Below are positions 61,146-64,000 of a DNA stretch of 64,000 nucleotides, in pieces (positions within the stretch are counted from its first letter, which is position 1; every line of letters begins with the position of its first letter). A program made the translations under genes and the position numbers. The notes beneath the pieces are model-generated. The model did no database searches. It was not told the origin of the DNA and saw only the letters and a list, made by a program, of their open reading frames with translations. The stretch spans positions 191 to 64,190 of the forward strand of contig JAEZIQ010000105.1 in assembly GCA_023436605.1 (NCBI GenBank), given 5' to 3'. This DNA is from Actinomycetes bacterium. Its GTDB lineage: Bacteria > Actinomycetota > Thermoleophilia > Solirubrobacterales > 70-9.

Positions 61146-61823
61146 TCAGCCTGCTTCTTCGGTTTCCCGGCCCTGTTTCAGGTCGATCCCCGCGGCACGC
61201 AGCATCAGGTAGCTGAGATAGATCGCCAGAGCGAAGACAGGCAGCCCCATTGCGGTTTTGGCGATGCCGAGCGCGACCAGCGAGCCGGTCAGATAGAGCG
61301 GCAGCTGAACCGAAAGTCGCAGGAGGAAAGTTCCCACCCAGAGCCAGCTGATCTTGCTGAAGAGCCGCACCCGATCCGGATCCTGCCGCCAGTTCATGCC
61401 CTCCCCGATCAACGGTCCGATGAACACACCCATCAGCGGCCAGCGAATCGCGATCGAGACCGCGTAGGCCAGCGCGTACCCGGCGTTGAAGAGGAGTCCC
61501 GGCAGGAAGAAGTCTTCTGCCTTGCCGGTCCGGGTGGCGATGAAAGCTGCCAGCGCCACTCCAAGAAAACCCGAAGCGGCGTACCTCATCCTCTCCCCTC
61601 TGACCAACCGCACCAGGGCGATCAGCAGGGCGATGCCGACCGCGATCGCCGCGGCCAGCTCGAGCTTCTGCCCGCTCACCGTGTAGGCGATTACGAAGGC
61701 AAGTCCGGGAATGCTCGAGTCGGCAATTCCCTGGGGACCACCAAGCTCGTCAAGGAGGTTGATCTCCTCCTTCTCATCGAGCTCAACCTCGACGTGATCA
61801 TCTTCCCGGCTGACTTCGCTCAC
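61146..61823 (-). CDS. DUF3159 family membrane protein
   Basis: It has an acidic N-terminus followed by a multi-TM core (GIADSSIPGLAFVIAY...FFLPGLLFNAGYALAY) typical of DUF3159. Confidence 0.7.
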   Translation of the reverse strand: MSEVSREDDHVEVELDEKEEINLLDELGGPQGIADSSIPGLAFVIAYTVSGQKLELAAAIAVGIALLIALVRLVRGERMRYAASGFLGVALAAFIATRTGKAEDFFLPGLLFNAGYALAYAVSIAIRWPLMGVFIGPLIGEGMNWRQDPDRVRLFSKISWLWVGTFLLRLSVQLPLYLTGSLVALGIAKTAMGLPVFALAIYLSYLMLRAAGIDLKQGRETEEAG

Positions 61824-61848
61824 CCGGGGATTGTCGCGGAAAGCTCCC

Positions 61849-62943
61849 TCACCCCGCCATCTCGCAACCGGTCAGCACATCCACGCCACGATCGATCCGA
61901 AATTTCTTCTCCTTGCCGGGTCCGCAGTCGATGCGGTCGCGGAACCCATCCATCTGACCGTGAAAAGTGTCGTCACCCGGGCCGCCAAACACGAAATCCG
62001 CTCCTGTGTCACCGCCGCTACGACCGCCGGAGCCGATTTCGTCGCGGCCGGCGCCGCCGTGAATTCGGTCGCGGCCGGGACCTCCGACTAGACTGAAGGG
62101 AGCCCACTCGTAGTTGTTGACCTGCCGGTCGTCACCGCCAAGGGCCCGGATCAGGTCGTTGCCCGTTCCGCCGCTCAAGGCGTCCGGTCCGCTGTGGCCG
62201 ATCAGCTCGTCGTCTCCGTCATCACCCTGGACGGCGAGCTTGACCCAGGACGGTAACGGCTCCAGGCCCTTTCTGATCGCGGGCCGGGTGTAGTCCCGGC
62301 CCGGCCCGGCGGCCACCCGAATCGCCTCGACCGAGATTCCCGGCAGGATGTCGTGATCCGGCCGGTCCCCATCCTGACCAGGATTGAAGTTCACGGTTGG
62401 CACCCCGTCGGCAGCACCGAAATCCAGTCGGTCGGTGCCTTTCGTTCCGATATACCCGAGGGAACCGTCGGGCCGGGTTGGTGGAGGACCCTGGACAATC
62501 CGGATCTCTATCTCCGGCCCGACCTGCTCTCTGGTCGCTCCCGGAGCCAAAGCCCAACCGGGACGGGCCCTGCTCATATCGAAAACGATCAGGCTGCCGT
62601 CGCCGTGCCTGGGAAGAAGCAGATCGATGCGATCGATTTCCGAGGTAGTGAGGGTTTCGAAACCGCAGTCGAGTTCGCGCCCGCGGAGAAATGAAGCCGG
62701 AAAGGCATTCCGATAACTCTCCTGGGATCGAACCGAAAGGTTCACGCCGCGCTGGGCGATGATCAGAGTCGAATCGAAGAAGGTCCCTTTTGCGTTCAGT
62801 CGCAGTACGTTGTCGGCCGGACCCGACGCTCCAGCCTCGATCACATGGCAGCGACCCCCTTCGGCCGCCGACGCGGTGACCGGACCGAGTAGCGAAGCCA
62901 GGACGATCAGCGACACCAACCACCGGAAACGGATCGTTTTCAT
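61849..62943 (-). CDS. secreted calcium-binding protein with RTX (GGxGxD) repeats
   Basis: It has a signal peptide (MKTIRFRWLVSLIVLASLLGPVTASA). The C-terminal nonapeptide repeats are GGTGNDLI, GGPGRDRI, GGAGRDEI and GGPGDDTF. ATG 62943 overlaps the upstream stop (ATGA); the alternative ATG is 62952. Confidence 0.75.
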   Translation of the reverse strand: MKTIRFRWLVSLIVLASLLGPVTASAAEGGRCHVIEAGASGPADNVLRLNAKGTFFDSTLIIAQRGVNLSVRSQESYRNAFPASFLRGRELDCGFETLTTSEIDRIDLLLPRHGDGSLIVFDMSRARPGWALAPGATREQVGPEIEIRIVQGPPPTRPDGSLGYIGTKGTDRLDFGAADGVPTVNFNPGQDGDRPDHDILPGISVEAIRVAAGPGRDYTRPAIRKGLEPLPSWVKLAVQGDDGDDELIGHSGPDALSGGTGNDLIRALGGDDRQVNNYEWAPFSLVGGPGRDRIHGGAGRDEIGSGGRSGGDTGADFVFGGPGDDTFHGQMDGFRDRIDCGPGKEKKFRIDRGVDVLTGCEMAG

Positions 62944-64000
62944 CGGGTACATCCTTTCGTCGAGGTGCGTCCGTCCGCCCCGGCCAGATTGATTCGCGAA
63001 AGGGCTGGAAGTAGCTCCGCTCCACCGTCAGGACCCCTTCGCTCCACGTACCCGGAGAAGGTCAAGGTCCCCGAGTTCTGCTTCACCGAGTCGAGACCGT
63101 ACGAACCTAGTACCAACGGCCATGTCTGGCTGAGGATGCCGTCGCCGCCGCCAAACTGACGGTCTAGTTGGCCCTGCGTGTCGTAGCGCAGTACCGAGAA
63201 GCCTGGTTTGCCTCCACACGGTTCAAAGGTCGCCGCGACGTCGAGCCCGCCCCGGCCGCCAGGGTGAAGGCCGTTGATCCAGAAGGTGCGTCCGCCACCA
63301 ACCCGGATCCGGCCGCGCTTGCCGAACCGGCGGTCCGGCCGCCCGTTCCCGCGAAGCATCAGCAACGCTTCCGGCCTGTCGCAGTTGCCCAGGCAGTCGT
63401 AGGTGACGTGGACGGCGATCCTGCCGTCCGGCAGAGCGGCAACGCCACGCGCGTACCCCCTCAGCCCGAACCGGTACTGAACGGCTCCATTCCGGCCAAA
63501 TGCCCGGTCGATCCGACCGTCCGGGAGGAAGCGGGCCACACCGACCATCTGGGTCACATTTCGCTTGTCCACACAGCTGAACATGCTTGAGCAGATGCCG
63601 CCGACGACGATGATCCGGCCCCTCCGGTCCCGGGTCAGCGAAGTCGCCACTCCGTCGATCTTCAGCTGGACCTGGGCCGTCCCGCCCTTCCCGAAGCTCC
63701 GGTCGATGGCACCCGACGGCAGATACCTGGCGACCCGGAAGGTGCTGGCTACCGATCCATTGATTCCTCGACCCTCCCCCTCACCGCCTCCGGCCACGAG
63801 GAAGCGACCGCCGGGCAGACCGACCGCGTCAGCGATGTCACCGGTTTCGAAACCGTCGACCAGCCGGGCCTTGTAGGAACCACCAGGTCCGAAGCGCACG
63901 AAGGTGTTGGTCTTACCCCGCTGGTACGGAGCACCGATTGCCGACACCCGACCCTTTGGGCCGGGGACCAGGCTCGCGCCGAGCGCGAAGTCGACATCCC
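62940..64000 (-). CDS. delta-60-repeat (beta-propeller-like) protein, N-terminus beyond the window
   Basis: It has a period of about 57 aa with LPxGxxDRxFGxxG motifs (YLPSGAIDRSFGKGG, FLPDGRIDRAFGRNG, GNGRPDRRFGKRG, TQGQLDRQFGGGDG). The frame stays open upstream of the track start (63947) to position 64000. Confidence 0.65.
   Translation of the reverse strand, partial: DVDFALGASLVPGPKGRVSAIGAPYQRGKTNTFVRFGPGGSYKARLVDGFETGDIADAVGLPGGRFLVAGGGEGEGRGINGSVASTFRVARYLPSGAIDRSFGKGGTAQVQLKIDGVATSLTRDRRGRIIVVGGICSSMFSCVDKRNVTQMVGVARFLPDGRIDRAFGRNGAVQYRFGLRGYARGVAALPDGRIAVHVTYDCLGNCDRPEALLMLRGNGRPDRRFGKRGRIRVGGGRTFWINGLHPGGRGGLDVAATFEPCGGKPGFSVLRYDTQGQLDRQFGGGDGILSQTWPLVLGSYGLDSVKQNSGTLTFSGYVERRGPDGGAELLPALSRINLAGADGRTSTKGCTR

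Noticed and set aside
1-64000. Search for CRISPR arrays, IS elements, integrases, prophage genes and rRNA
   Set aside because: No non-coding gap exceeds about 440 nt, and none shows regularly spaced direct repeats. No ORF resembles a transposase, integrase, Cas or phage structural protein. The lower-GC stretch therefore cannot be called a mobile element.

Overview
This is a 64-kb segment of a high-GC chromosome. Hand counts on sample lines give about 65-70% GC in most genes. Gene content points to Actinomycetota, possibly a Thermoleophilia/Rubrobacteria-like lineage, but that is inference only. The pointers are an F420-type Ddn, a DesA3-type desaturase with its reductase, WS/DGAT, DUF11/vWA, delta-60 repeats, collagen-like and pentapeptide-like secreted proteins, and many leaderless starts.

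I call 61 protein-coding genes. Two are cut by the window edges and one is a 38-aa sORF below the ORF-track cutoff. I also call 5 hairpin terminators, a few repeats or palindromes, and a recurrent leaderless-promoter signature. I found no rRNA, tRNA, CRISPR array, transposase, integrase or phage structural gene. Many long ORFs in the track are antisense shadows typical of high-GC DNA.

Main blocks:
- Lipid metabolism: two large FadE genes, two crotonases, WS/DGAT, an alpha/beta hydrolase, a secreted lipase, and a desaturase with its reductase.
- Ion transport: nhaA and a CPA1 antiporter.
- Regulators: a LAL/LuxR STAND regulator, a cyclase-STAND-TPR protein, two TetR, PucR, two ECF-type sigma factors and a PAS-EAL protein.
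- An AdiA-like decarboxylase with a GadC-like antiporter.
- A secreted vWA/DUF11 giant protein followed by an L,D-transpeptidase.
- A lower-GC accessory stretch at about 25.3-34.4 kb, carrying vapBC, orphan secreted proteins, an ECF sigma module and a MetF-like/HemG-like pair.
- An SNF2 helicase.
- An RTX protein and a delta-60-repeat protein.

No single clear-cut novel system can be demonstrated from sequence alone. The best candidates for follow-up are:
1. The non-canonical decarboxylase/GadC-type antiporter/lipoprotein operon.
2. The sortase-less vWA adhesin coupled to an L,D-transpeptidase.
3. A family of signal-anchored proteins with 5-residue (pentapeptide-like) periodicity, one carrying a collagen-like segment.
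4. A cyclase-STAND-TPR protein with an apparently degenerate cyclase motif, translationally coupled to a methyltransferase.
5. The lower-GC island with its paralogous extracytoplasmic domains.
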